DNA of 63,576 bases, filler included, from Octopus bimaculoides (GCF_001194135.2; 7 parts of 7 records of this genome joined end to end with filler, not necessarily neighbours in it); one strand, 5' to 3'. Counted from the whole stretch's first letter, positions 39,532 to 53,983 are shown. The notes: a model not told the origin generated them from the letters alone. Translations and numbers: made by a program.

Positions 39532-40405
39532 TAGTGGTCTGATCAATAAGTATCCGGACTGTTACCAAGGTAGCGAAGCTAAAGCACGCAGAGTAATGCC
39601 GCTTGGCACAGATTGACCTTCAACTCTGCTGTGCATGCGCACTGTGTTTTAACATTCTAGCTCACTTTCGCTGTTTACAGCAGTGTTTGGAAGGAACGTG
39701 TGTAGCATGTGATAATCGCCTTGACTATGACAGAAAGTTGAGCAGTGACTCTGTATCAAATTTTGCCAAAAGTTTGGCGATACCTGTTCAGAGTCCTAAG
39801 AAAAGTTTTCAAAAACGTTTTCATCATTCTCGACACAATCAAGATCTTGTGTAACTGAAATCTGAGTGTCTTTTTGGTAACCTGAAAGCAGTTTTAGAAC
39901 AAACTTAGCAGACGCGCGTCTCATATCCAAATCTTCAGTGATAATGGACTGAACTGAATCGTAACTAATCTGCACATCCTCTGATAACTCACGGATGGTG
40001 ATTCGACGATTTCCTTTCACAGCTGCACGGACATCTGCAATGTTTTTCTCAGTTCTGCTAGCTGTGGGTCTCCCAGAACGTTCGTCAATATTGACATTTT
40101 TTCGGCCATCTTGGAAACGTCTAAACCACTCGTACATTTGTGTGCGGCTCATACACTTTCTGCAACTTTGCGCAGGCTTCTGAACAGGCATCACCATGAC
40201 AACTTTCTTTGTCATGGTCAATGCGAAGATCACACGCTACATAACTCCCTTCCAAGAACTACTGTAAACAGCGGAAGTGAATTAGAACGTTAAAACTTGG
40301 TGCGTATGCACAACAGAGTTTGAGATCAATCTTTGGCTAGCGGCTTCATTCTGTTTGCTTTAGCTTCGTTGGCAGCAATCCGATACTTACTGATCAGACC
40401 TAGTA
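39532..40405. mobile_element. Rearranged mariner element made of two 5' ends in inverted orientation
   Basis: Both termini carry the TIR (gtggtctgatcaataagtatccggactg / cgatacttactgatcagacctagta), the 5' leader and the transposase start. Minus ORF 39796-40233 (MSRTQMYEWFRRFQDGRKNVNIDERSGRP...RRITIRELSEDVQISYDSVQSIITEDLDMRRASAKFVLKLLS) is a mariner HTH region. Confidence 0.85.
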
Positions 40406-41943
40406 TATATATATATATATATATATATANNNNNNNNNNNNNNNNNNNNNNNNNNNNNNNNNNNNNNNNNNNNNNNNNNNNNNNNNNNNNNNNNNNNNNN
40501 NNNNNNNNNNNNNNNNNNNNNNNNNNNNNNNNNNNNNNNNNNNNNNNNNNNNNNNNNNNNNNNNNNNNNNNNNNNNNNNNNNNNNNNNNNNNNNNNNNNN
40601 NNNNNNNNNNNNNNNNNNNNNNNNNNNNNNNNNNNNNNNNNNNNNNNNNNNNNNNNNNNNNNNNNNNNNNNNNNNNNNNNNNNNNNNNNNNNNNNNNNNN
40701 NNNNNNNNNNNNNNNNNNNNNNNNNNNNNNNNNNNNNNNNNNNNNNNNNNNNNNNNNNNNNNNNNNNNNNNNNNNNNNNNNNNNNNNNNNNNNNNNNNNN
40801 NNNNNNNNNNNNNNNNNNNNNNNNNNNNNNNNNNNNNNNNNNNNNNNNNNNNNNNNNNNNNNNNNNNNNNNNNNNNNNNNNNNNNNNNNNNNNNNNNNNN
40901 NNNNNNNNNNNNNNNNNNNNNNNNNNNNNNNNNNNNNNNNNNNNNNNNNNNNNNNNNNNNNNNNNNNNNNNNNNNNNNNNNNNNNNNNNNNNNNNNNNNN
41001 NNNNNNNNNNNNNNNNNNNNNNNNNNNNNNNNNNNNNNNNNNNNNNNNNNNNNNNNNNNNNNNNNNNNNNNNNNNNNNNNNNNNNNNNNNNNNNNNNNNN
41101 NNNNNNNNNNNNNNNNNNNNNNNNNNNNNNNNNNNNNNNNNNNNNNNNNNNNNNNNNNNNNNNNNNNNNNNNNNNNNNNNNNNNNNNNNNNNNNNNNNNN
41201 NNNNNNNNNNNNNNNNNNNNNNNNNNNNNNNNNNNNNNNNNNNNNNNNNNNNNNNNNNNNNNNNNNNNNNNNNNNNNNNNNNNNNNNNNNNNNNNNNNNN
41301 NNNNNNNNNNNNNNNNNNNNNNNNNNNNNNNNNNNNNNNNNNNNNNNNNNNNNNNNNNNNNGCAGAATTTGAACTCAGAACCTGAAGACGGACAAAATGT
41401 CGCTAAGCATTTCCGCCTGGCGTGCTAAAGATTCTGCCAGCTTGCCGCCTTTAAAACATGTAAATATTGGGTTAAAAGCCCTTTGGGTAGCAAAAGTCGG
41501 AGGCTGCTTTCAAGTTTTTCGATCCCACTATTTTCTCACCCAATCTATACATGCTATTATTTATAACTTTATCATTTGCTTCAAAATCCACTGTTCTAAA
41601 AAAGAATTATTTCACGTTCTCTCGAATCTTAAAAATGTTTATGATGTCAACAATATATATGTGTGTGTGTGTGTGTGTGTGTATACCAGCATGAAGACGC
41701 ATGGCTAAGTGATTAGGGGTATTGCACCCTCAATAGCTAAATCGTGGGTTCAATATCCGAAATGGGCGGTGCGTTGTGTTCTTGAGCAAAACACTTGGAA
41801 TAGCCTTCTAATCTAGGGGAATGTTGGCCTGCTTGCCTTTGCCAGCGAGGTGACAGCATTCAAAAGCTAATACAATGCAAAGCGTATTGTGACTAGTGAC
41901 GTATAGGAACATTCTATGCATCACATCGATACCGTGATACTGT

Positions 41944-41976
<33 letters not shown>

Positions 41977-43014
41977 TTGATTATAATAGATTACAGAAAT
42001 TTACTTATCGAGATTGGATGAATTAAATGAGATGTTGTCTTTAGCCCTTTCTTTTTCTCCAACTTCCTATATGCCTTGTTCATGTTACGTCCACTTAGCG
42101 CGTGGCGTATGTATACGTGTTATTATGTCGTGCGACTGTAATACTAGGAGAGGTTAATACTGCAAGCTAGCTAGACATTCGTTAATTATGCAATTCTCTT
42201 ACCAGTTGTCATACTTTAATGTGCTTACTTTGGACAACTATTTACAACTGTTTGAACCGTGTGCCTTTCAGCTATCAATATAACAATAATAAAAGTGTAA
42301 AGTTATTGTAATTATCTGGTTAATATCCTATACATATATCTTCATATATCTCACCGGTTCATTGAACCAATAGGATATATACAAAATTATATAAAATAAA
42401 GTTGCCTTCATACCTTGATGTCTGTAAAGAAAATAAATGAAAGCAACAACAATAATAACAACAAATGCAGACTTGTTCTGCCTGGGTAACAGAAATTATA
42501 CAAACTTTCCAAATGACTGACCTCTTAACTACTCCTGACACTGAAAAAATATTTTCTCTTTCTGAATATTTCACGACTGGATTCCCTTGAAGTGTTCTGA
42601 AAATATTAATTCGTGGTAACAAAACAAGATGTTAGCTATGGAGAAATGATAAAAAAACAACAACAAAAAACAAAACAAAATGAAAATTAAAGCAACAACA
42701 ACAGCAAAAGCTGTAGCAGCAACAGCAGCAACAACAATGACGATGACAACAACATCGTTTTTGACTTTCCAGCCTGTCAACTTGTTATTCTGTTGAAAAC
42801 TTATTTTTAGTAAAATATATCAATCATTTACGTATTTTTTTTTTCATCCTTAAAATAATTGGTCTTCTGTTGCTAGCAGTATGATTAACATGCCACTTTT
42901 ACTAAACTGTCGTAGCAATTATTTTATAATGCTTCACCAGCAATCATATATAGTTTTGAAATTGTTTTGAACTTATTATTATTTCTCATTTTTCATATTA
43001 TCATTATTATTATT

Positions 43015-43219
43015 GGCGAGCTGGCAAAATCGTTAGCACGCCAGGCAAAATGCTTAGCGGCATTTCGTCCGTCCTTACGTTCTGTGTTCAAATTCTGCCG
43101 AGGTCGACTTTGCCTTTCATGATTTCGGGGTCGATAAATTAAGTACCAGTCAAATTCTAGGCCTTGTGCCTATATTAGAAAGAATTATTATTATTATTTA
43201 GTGTTGTTGTTTTTGTTGC

Positions 43220-43270
<51 letters not shown>

Positions 43271-43323
43271 CATTATTATTATTATTATTATTANNNNNNN
43301 NNNCATCATCATCATCATCATCA

Positions 43324-43388
<65 letters not shown>

Positions 43389-43390
43389 AA
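43015..43390 (+). mobile_element. SINE family A with tail type 2 running into a long (ATT)n/(ATC)n tract
   Basis: ggcgagctggcaaaatcgttagcacgcc...ggccttgtgcctatattagaaagaattattatt. Confidence 0.88.
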
Positions 43391-45465
43391 GACTATTTTG
43401 AACAACTGACAGTAACAATAACAACAACAAGGAGAAACATTTGAGATTATTTGATTCTCTATGAAACTGTACATTTAGCTTTAAATATCAAAATCCGGAA
43501 ATTCTTATTGAACAAACATTGTGTGTATAATTACCAACTGTTTCTAGTCATTTGTTGGGGATGGAATAAAGTAGAATACAGCCCAGCACAGGACTAGACA
43601 CTGCTGCACTATACAGTGCTGTACAGCTTGTGTACACACAGAGGCAAATATGATGTTATTGCGTGTACCATGCTTGAACTAATTGCTTCATTTAAATATG
43701 TAGTCGTGAAGAGACATTGACACCTACGTTCCTTCACACGTAACACAGTGGAACATTTAAGATGCTATTGATGGATGGGGTGGGGACAGGGGGAACACCT
43801 GTGCCGGTAACCGGCTGGTACTCATGTACAGTCGAACATACAGGAGCAAAGAGAAATGAACATGAAAATAAAGGACACAGCACCCTGCTCACTCCAGAAA
43901 TTGAACCCATTACTTTACGATCATGAGCCGAACACACCAGCCTAAGTTACACGTTTTCACGTGGAAAGCAATTGGAAATCTCTGTAGTGACATTCTGAAA
44001 TCTGTAGAATCATCCCTCAGAGCTCTCTACTACGTCTTTGATTATACATTAACTTAAGAAAGCAACACAAAAGAAATACAATAGGAGGCAGTTTCTTATC
44101 TTTATTAAATCGCTGTCAATTAAACGAATTTGTTCTTTGCAAAGTGATCGTTTCTCAGTTCCTTTTCTTTTCAAATTACGCAGAAAGAACTGTGAAGAAG
44201 CAGTTCTTGAACAGACTTTCACGAGAAATGTCTAAAGAATCCACTAGAAGAAATGGTGATTATCCGTAACAGGAGTCAGCTCTGGAAGCCATAATTATAT
44301 TTTCCCTTTTGTCTTATAAAACGAGAAGCATTTCCTTGGACCTTCATCAACACGTTAGATTTCAGAATCTCATGAGGAAATGTACTGCTGAGATTTTCCA
44401 TTACCTAATCTATCTCCACATGAAAGCATGTGGCCTAGTGGTAAGGGCGTCGGGCATATGATCATGAGATTGTGAGTTCAATTTAGGATCGTGCGGCGTG
44501 TCGAACTTCTGAGCAAGGCACTTCATTTTCTCAATTCTTCAGTCAACTCAGCTGAAAATAAGTATTCATTTTCGTTTCATCTTACGACCACGGCTGCTGG
44601 CGGAGCTATTTCAGGCTTTTCTCCCTCCAACTGTACCGCACCTGACTGATATTCATTTATAGAGTGCAGCAACATGAAACGAAATGCCTTACTCAAAGAC
44701 ACAATACTCTACCGGATTCATGAGCCGAACATCATATTCACCAAACCACATACCTTCAGATAAGTAGAGAGTCAGATGGATGTAAGTCGCTAAACAAACA
44801 AGCCGGTAGATGTACAACTAGACAGGCAGGTAGATAGAGAGGCAGGTTATCATGAACGATGCGAGAAAAAAATAGATGAACGAATCTATGTATGCAGCAG
44901 TGCTATAGACTGAAAAATATGTTAGCTAGATATCACATTAATGATAAACATTTATCCCATTCATCTATGAAATATATACCAAAGAAACACGCACACGCAC
45001 GTAGCAACAAATAAGGGAAATATTGACGTATAAACTAATATCTTATATGACTCACCAGAATTGGTTGAAAAAGTGAAATATCCAAGTAATTAGTCCCTTT
45101 CAAAGGTCTCTTTGAAATTATCGGCGCCATATTGTTGAATTAAAAATATACAGAAGTTACAAGAATTCATTTACGTGAAATGACATTCAGTTCTTGAAAT
45201 AAATACTGTCTATCGTCGTTTGTCAATATTTCCATTTGCTATGTCTCTCTGTGTATCCGTTTATCTGAAATCTGAACATCTAACTTTCTAACATAATACA
45301 TAATGTGTATTACTTTTACTTTAACTTGCTTCAGTCATTTGACTGTGGCCATATATATATATCTACGTACAAACATATGGACTCATTTCAATGTGCTTAT
45401 GAATGTTTATATACACAAATTTCAAGGAGAAACCAATTATCTATATTAACAATAGAAAATAGGAA

Positions 45466-45509
<44 letters not shown>

Positions 45510-46602
45510 NNNNNNNNNNNNNNNNNNNNNNNNNNNNNNNNNNNNNNNNNNNNNNNNNNNNNNNNNNNNNNNNNNNNNNNNNNNNNNNNNNNNNNNNNNN
45601 NNNNNNNNNNNNNNNNNNNNNNNNNNNNNNNNNNNNNNNNNNNNNNNNNNNNNNNNNNNNNNNNNNNNNNNNNNNNNNNNNNNNNNNNNNNNNNNNNNNN
45701 NNNNNNNNNNNNNNNNNNNNNNNNNNNNNNNNNNNNNNNNNNNNNNNNNNNNNNNNNNNNNNNNNNNNNNNNNNNNNNNNNNNNNNNNNNNNNNNNNNNN
45801 NNNNNNNNNNNNNNNNNNNNNNNNNNNNNNNNNNNNNNNNNNNNNNNNNNNNNNNNNNNNNNNNNNNNNNNNNNNNNNNNNNNNNNNNNNNNNNNNNNNN
45901 NNNNNNNNNNNNNNNNNNNNNNNNNNNNNNNNNNNNNNNNNNNNNNNNNNNNNNNNNNNNNNNNNNNNNNNNNNNNNNNNNNNNNNNNNNNNNNNNNNNN
46001 NNNNNNNNNNNNNNNNNNNNNNNNNNNNNNNNNNNNNNNNNNNNNNNNNNNNNNNNNNNNNNNNNNNNNNNNNNNNNNNNNNNNNNNNNNNNNNNNNNNN
46101 NNNNNNNNNNNNNNNNNNNNNNNNNNNNNNNNNNNNNNNNNNNNNNNNNNNNNNNNNNNNNNNNNNNNNNNNNNNNNNNNNNNNNNNNNNNNNNNNNNNN
46201 NNNNNNNCAAACAAAAGCCATTAAAAACGATGTCGTATGGAACCAAACCACATTATAAGGCAGGTGAAAATGGAAGAAAAAACAAAAAAAAAAAAACACA
46301 CACCCGAAACACACAACCATTGTATGAAGTCTATTAGAATATGATATTTATGGTTTTCTATCAGTCTAGATTTCGTTTTATCTCTCAAGGTATCATTCAA
46401 ATAACTTGCCTACACGCTGAACGTATTTAGCTCTTCCTCTCACCTTATCTATTCCTCTCTACGCCACGCTGTCTCTGATATTTCAAACTCTGTCCCCCTC
46501 TGTAATTAAATATCAAATTGACTAATTATTTAGCTATTTCCTTCCTACATAGATTGATCATAATAATAAAACTAAGTGTCTATCTATCTATCTATCTATC
46601 TG

Positions 46603-46679
<77 letters not shown>

Positions 46680-46803
46680 GCCCATATGCATTCATATAAA
46701 TTCATGCACACGCATATACTGATAATACAAGATACATATTCGTATTTCAATCGAGCATTCATACATACACGTGTGTTTGTGTGTATATATATACCTATAT
46801 CTT

Positions 46804-46834
<31 letters not shown>

Positions 46835-47785
46835 TTCTACATAAATGTATCTGTATAACATAAAAATATATTTGTATATAATATATATATATACACATGT
46901 ATATATATATACACACATATATATANNNNNNNNNNNNNNNNNNNNNNNNNNNNNNNNNNNNNNNNNNNNNNNNNNNNNNNNNNNNNNNNNNNNNNNNNNN
47001 NNNNNNNNNNNNNNNNNNNNNNNNNCTATCTATCTATCTATCTAGCTAGCTAGCTAGCTAGCTATCTGTCTGTCTTCTGTCTCTTCTCTCTATTATATAT
47101 ACATGTATATATACACACACATACACATATACAAATACATATACGTAGGTTAGAGGAGTTTTAGTTATATAAAACATATAAGATGGAGTCATGTTTGTGT
47201 ACGTATATACAAAAGTACCTTCTCTCTATTTCTCTCTCTCACTGTTATATATATGTATATGTTTGTTATAGTCTGTATAAGTATACAAGAATATGTATTT
47301 ATAAATATGTGTGTGTGTTCAGCTATATTCATCGTTTGCATGGATTATAAATATTAACCTGAAGACATGAAATAGCTGTTATACAATTAAGTATAGATTT
47401 CATATTTACGCCTCAATTGATTTTCTAGGGAAACGTTCCCAGAATTAAATTTGTAAAATATTATCTGATGATCAAATTTTCACAAAATCGATAACTGCAT
47501 TAAATATCTGAAATTTAAAAAGTTTATAAAAATATAGGCTTATTAAATAAATTTCACTTCATGATATATTTATTATAGTTTCTATCACGCTATGTGGACA
47601 TATGTCTGTAAGTATATATGTATGCATGTCTATATTTTTAAACGTTATATATACATATACATACATACATATATATATATATATANNNNNNNNNNNNNNN
47701 NNNNNNNNNNNNNNNNNNNNNNNNNNNNNTTAATTAATTAANNNNNNNNNNNNNNNNNNNNNNNNNNNNNNNNNNNNNNNNNNNN

Positions 47786-47818
<33 letters not shown>

Positions 47819-48957
47819 ATATATATGCATGTATATATATGCGTATATATGCATGTATATATATATGTATATATGCATAGGCCAAGAAAGAGAGAGTTGG
47901 ATAATATTGTGCATTATTGAACCATGGACAGAATCTCACATCTTAGCTGTTGTTCTGCCTCACCATGCCATTAACTCACTGGTTTACTGGGTCTCCCACT
48001 TCTAGGTTCAGTAAAAAATGAGATATTTAAATCTAACACACCACCAGATCATTATTGAGAATAGATTTAAATAGATATCCCATTTTTAAGCTTGTTCTTG
48101 TTGCTGCAGAGATGACCTTCTGAATAAAGGTATTCATAATTAGTTCAATAGCATTGCAAGATGATAGAGGTTTCAATCTCCACTTATTAAAGTTGTTTTT
48201 TTAAACCATTGTTAAACAAAAAAGAATAAAATAATTTAAATGAAAAATCTTACACTCTGGTCGGTTTTGAATCCACTACCAGATTATGTACGATGTCCTA
48301 TTACTGCTTATTTATTTGTGTCTTTACTTACATTGGGTTCCCTGTTAATTTCTGGGGAAAATGAGATAATTAAATCTACCACAGCATCAATACCAATAAT
48401 AAAAATACATTTAAATATCTCATTTTTAAACTGTTTTTAAGGCGTTGGTTTGATGGCTAAAGGTGTTCGTAATTTAACTAACAACATTGTATGAAGGTCG
48501 AGGTTTCAATCTCTATCTAGAAATATATTCTTTTAATATTTTTTGTATAAACGAAAAAAAAAAGAAAAACATTCTTACCTTCTTCCCTCATTGTGACCAG
48601 GCTTGAACCCCAGACAGGACAGNNNNNNNNNNNNNNNNNNNNNNNNNNNNNNNNNNNNNNNNNNNNNNNNNNNNNNNNNNNNNNNNNNNNNNNNNNNNNN
48701 NNNNNNNNNNNNNNNNNNNNNNNNNNNNNNNNNNNNNNNNNNNNNNNNNNNNNNNNNNNNNNNNNNNNNNNNNNNNNNNNNNNNNNNNNNNNNNNNNNNN
48801 NNNNNNNNNNNNNNNNNNNNNNNNNNNNNNNNNNNNNNNNNNNNNNNNNNNNNNNNNNNNNNNNNNNNNNNNNNNNNNNNNNNNNNNNNNNNNNNNNNNN
48901 NNNNNNNNNNNNNNNNNNNNNNNNNNNNNNNNNNNNNNNNNNNNNNNNNNNNNNNNN

Positions 48958-48992
<35 letters not shown>

Positions 48993-50589
48993 ATGTATGT
49001 ATATATACACCCACAAATATGCATGTGTTTGTGTGTCTGAGAATGTATGTCTGCGTGTGCGTGTCTGCGTGTGCGTGTCTGTGAATACGTTGATAATATG
49101 TGGGTGTGTGCTAAACTACATTTCTTTAAGGAAATATATTTCACACACGACTAATGACCACACTTTTTCGGTCCTGTAAAGTAACCATGTAAAAGCTGTA
49201 GCTGTCAGCAGTCGTCTGGTGACAAAGATACTAACTATTATATATGTGTGTCATAATATCTGACCTATGCATAAATCATGAGGAGAAACTAAACGTTAGT
49301 AGAACCTCAATGTTAATGTTTACGGAATACCATTTTCACGTAGTCTTACTTTTAGATCAGCATAGCTAAAGAAAGTAATTTTTCATTATTTGGCGTTAAC
49401 ACTCGGAAAACATAGAACGTACAATAAAATGTACAAGTTATTTGTATAGGGTTTATAAACATGAACGAAGTTGATAGAATGTGCGAGTTTCAATGATTTG
49501 GAGCACTTATACACAGCGCTGCGAATTAAGAGGGAATCTCTATGTAGTCAATGCTAGAAATAGCTTATCTATCAAGTTACTTACCTAACTCCGTAGATTT
49601 TGTCAAGTATATGCGAAAAACCCTTTCATTCATTATGGGCTCTACAGGATTCAAAAGATCCAATACGGATGAATTGTCTGATTTAGATGATATGATAGTG
49701 CAGACGTTCGTGATCTTCAAGAAGTGCCTGGCATTAAATAAGCCTTTCCTAGCAAACAGTGAAAGTGATCAAAGATATACTCCTTTCACTTTTCGTTCTT
49801 GTATTTCCATTTTTTCATCAACCGACTTGTTTTCATTTTCCTCCCAGGATTTTTCTTTTTTTTTTTTCATGTTTTCCTCATATTCCAGCATCCTGCTTTT
49901 TAGTTACATCTACCGTATCAAATGACCCTAAAAGATAGCTTGGATATACACGGTAAGTAATATAAACCTACTATTGTTATGTAACTTAAATGCTTTAAAC
50001 TAATAGTAGCCCTTTTTAATTATGTATATTAAATAATATTTATTCCTCATTGGATGGATTATTATTTTCATCGATCCTGCCTACATCGAATGTTAATGCA
50101 ACTGAGGTTAGGTATTTTACAGGTGACGATTATAATTATACATGGGCCCAATTCCCAGCAATGTTTAATATCATTATCCGTTAAAGTATTTTATATGAAA
50201 TATAATAACAAATCATTAAGAATGAAATGTCTGATTATCTCATGCACCAAGTTTGACAGTCAACTCTAATGCTTTATCCTGACAATTAATTGTTAACAAC
50301 ATTGAAGATTTACAACATCACTTTTCGAAATGCCATTCATGGTGTCTGATTATATTCTGAGTTTTCTCTTGAGGGGCTAAGATTTACTAAAAAAATTGCA
50401 AGAAGGGCATTGGTATACTAAATTGTCTGCATACATACATGCATACTTCTATACATACTCACACGCATGCGCATTTTGTTTTTGCTTGTTTATATGTATG
50501 TGTATGATTGCCTGTGTGTTTATGAGCATGTGTACGTGTGTGTGTATATACATGTGCGCATGTATGTATTAATCCTTTTAATATAAGTA

Positions 50590-50775
50590 CAAGATTCCAG
50601 GGGAGGCTACTGGAGTACACTTAACTCATTGCTCAACTGGTACTTATAACGTTGACACCGAAACGACAAAATTCAAGTCGACCTCAACGGAATTGGACTC
50701 AGAGCATAAAGTCGGACTAAATGACGTGAAGCATTTTGTTCGGCACGGTAATGATTCATCCAGCTCATCATTTTT
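50590..50775 (-). mobile_element. Diverged SINE family A
   Basis: aagtcgacctcaacggaattggactcagagc...aagcattttgttcggc...ccagctc. Confidence 0.7.
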
Positions 50776-51900
50776 GTAAGTTATAAATAATAACAGAAGC
50801 CAGTTATTGAGATCTTGAATGCATTTCGCTTTTAGCCATTGAAGAGGGTTAATATATGCGTAACAATTTATCAGATAACCACTAGATATGAACGTATTAA
50901 ATACATATAAAAATCAGTAAATTGTTTCTGTTGATATTTGAATTTTACACTACATCTGTTTAGGAAAATCTGCTTTTTTTTTTCTGCTTGGATTATAAGA
51001 CAACACAGCAACATATTTCTAGGTGCAGAATGTTCATTTACACTCTCAGTCTGAAATATCTGCCAAATGTTCCACAGCTGTTGCGCAGAGAATGCTGCAA
51101 CAAAGTTTCTGCGGGAAAGTTTTAATCACAAAATCTATACAGATGAATAGATTGAATGACTAGTTTTAACTGGCGCTAGATTTAATATATATCCATAATT
51201 CTACACCTCATCAATAGTAGAAGTATTTCCAAACTGCGATTACGTAAATTTTACGAGTGTAGACAACTTAAGATGTTTTGGTTGTTTTTTTTTTTTTTTA
51301 CTACATCAATTTATAACGTCATAATGATTCTTGTTTTGTTTTAATGTAGATATGGGGGAATGTAAATACGTAAAAAAATCAGTACAAAAATAATGCTACA
51401 CATGATTTAAAGTGACACTGTGGCTTAACGACATATTATGGAGGCATTTCCTAGAACATGAATTAAATGCAAACACGCGCTTGCGCGCGCACACGCACGA
51501 GTTTGTATAAGTGTATATACGAGCATAAATATACATAAATGTGTATGTGAATCTGTAAATGTCATTCATTTCATTTTTTGATATTAATATTAAGATAATA
51601 TACCATCCACAATTTTAACATCAAAATCCTTGTTTTTATGGGTCGGGAAAATTGGAGAGTAATGGTGAAAGAAACAAGTGGAAAAGACAAATAATCTCAT
51701 ACATCCATTCACAAATCAAAAAAGTTAAAGATAGACGCGCATATGCAGAAACACACACACACACGCACGCACATACACACACATGCGCGCACACACACAC
51801 ACACATACACTACGAACATACATAACATATCCCATCTCCCTTTCTCCAAACACATACACGTGCATTCACACGCAAGCCCACACGTATATGTGTGTGGGTG

Positions 51901-51944
<44 letters not shown>

Positions 51945-52616
51945 GAGAGAGAGGGATAAATAGATAGATACTAATATATAAGTAGATAGATATAACCATA
52001 TGCATATAGATCTCGCATTTTCAAATCATATAGTACAATATCAAATGAAATATGAGGTACATGACATATAACAACATTTATTTCTTTGCCAATTGAAATG
52101 CCGATGCAATATAAAAAAGTAGTTGAAATTATTAGGTTTATAAATTTTGCTTTATGTCTCCAAGTCGTTCACAAATATTTCTTTTAAAGCTTCTGTGCCA
52201 TATAATTAGTGTGTTTTCTGATTTTCTATATTATATTTGCTAATAGGAATCATACATTTTTAAACAAGTCTTTATGTTGTATTTGAGCATTCTCAAGATG
52301 TTATTTATAAAGAAATATGAGAAGTATGGAATTGATCCGTATAGTTTTATGTCACAGGCAAATTTGGTTAAAGTGCAAAAATCACAGCTCTCTAATTTTG
52401 ATCTGAATATACGATGATTACGAGAAGAGCAATAAAACACGATTTTCAATTTGGTTCAGTAAATTTCAATTATTATTATTATTGCCTTTGCATAGCTTCT
52501 AACGCTGGAGACGTATTAGAGTGTCAGCTGAAATAAGGAAACACCTCTTATTTTTCGAATACCATTATTATTATTATTATTATTATTATTATCATTATTA
52601 TTATCATAAGTAGTAA

Positions 52617-52651
<35 letters not shown>

Positions 52652-52670
52652 TTGTTGTTGTGGTTGTTAA

Positions 52671-52879
52671 CGCGATGAGCTGGCAGAATCGTTAACACAC
52701 CGGGAAAATACTTAGCGGCATTTCGTTCCTCTATCCGTTCTGATTTCAAATTCCGCTGAGGTCGACTTTGCTTTCACCCTTTCGGGGAGGATGAAATAAG
52801 TATCAGTTAACACTTAGGTCAATGTTATCGACTAGTGCCCTCCCACAAAGTCTCAGGCCTTGTGCCTCTAGCAGAAAGG

Positions 52880-52962
<83 letters not shown>
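52671..52962 (+). mobile_element. SINE family A (tail type 2) plus (ATT)n tail
   Basis: gagctggcagaatcgttaac...ggccttgtgcctctagcagaaaggattattatt... Confidence 0.88.
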
Positions 52963-52963
<1 letters not shown>

Positions 52964-53260
52964 TACCACTNNNNNNNNNNNNNNNNNNNNNNNNNNNNNN
53001 NNNNNNNNNNNNNNTTAATTAATTAANNNNNNNNNNNNNNNNNNNNNNNNNNNNNNNNNNNNNNNNNNNNAAATTTCTCAAAATACAATGTTTATATACC
53101 AAAAAGATTTTATAACATTTTTCTAACATAATTTAAATATATACTTTAACCATGTAACACAAGCCTTCTGTAGTTTTTTCAGTTTTATTATCTTTTATAT
53201 ATATGCATATATACATATACATATCAGTTGAATAAAGTTAAAATCTGGTGTGGTTTTCAC

Positions 53261-53983
53261 CGTTTTATTATGGTATTTAAAAAAATATAAATTGTTTTCC
53301 AATGTTGAAGTGTGTTTAACATTTAAAAAAATATTTTGTAACGTTCATAAAGTTCAATAAGTGCTTTCATACGTTCGTAGTAATCGTCAGATTTCAAAAT
53401 GTATTTAACTGACAGTTGAGTTCTTGGCAACTGTAGTAAAATGGTTGACTTCTTTCTTTTTGTACCTCTTACCTCCAACAAGCCGAATTTTTGGAATGCG
53501 GTTTTAACCAGTTAAAGCTGTGGATTAAAAATATCGTTAACATATGAATATAAACAAATTACAAAAGACTCCCACCAGTTGAAATAAAAACGATCGAAAC
53601 CAACTAAATTTGCTCAATCATAAAACCATTACATGTCAACTGAAAGCAAATTGGTTAAAATAAAGGCGGGATCTATTCCAGTAATATTGGTACACCCGAC
53701 AAACTGTGACATTTAAGCTGTGCAGCGTGCGAATTGGTCAAAACCGTATTCCAAAAAATCGGCTTGTTGGAACTTTCTCAGAGGTACAAAAAATAAGAAA
53801 TCAGTCATTTTACTACAATTGTCAAGACCTCAACTGTCAGTTAAATACATTTCGAAATCTAATGGTTACTACGAACGTATGAAAGCGCTAATTGAACTTT
53901 ATATTTTTTTAAATGTTTAACATACTTCAACATTGTACAAACAAATATATTTTTTTAAAACACCATAATAAAAAAAAAAAACG
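53261..53983. mobile_element. Foldback element: ~250-bp inverted arms (53261-53513 / 53732-53983) around a ~220-bp spacer
   Basis: Arms align, e.g. ctttcatacgttcgtagtaa, atgtatttaactgacagttgag and tccaacaagccga; roughly 80-85% identity by eye. Confidence 0.8.

Noticed and set aside
40193-40218. 10-bp perfect hairpin at a ~30-bp deletion in the right mariner arm
   Set aside because: Explained by a simple deletion between aaagtt microhomologies; most of the stem is ancestral sequence.
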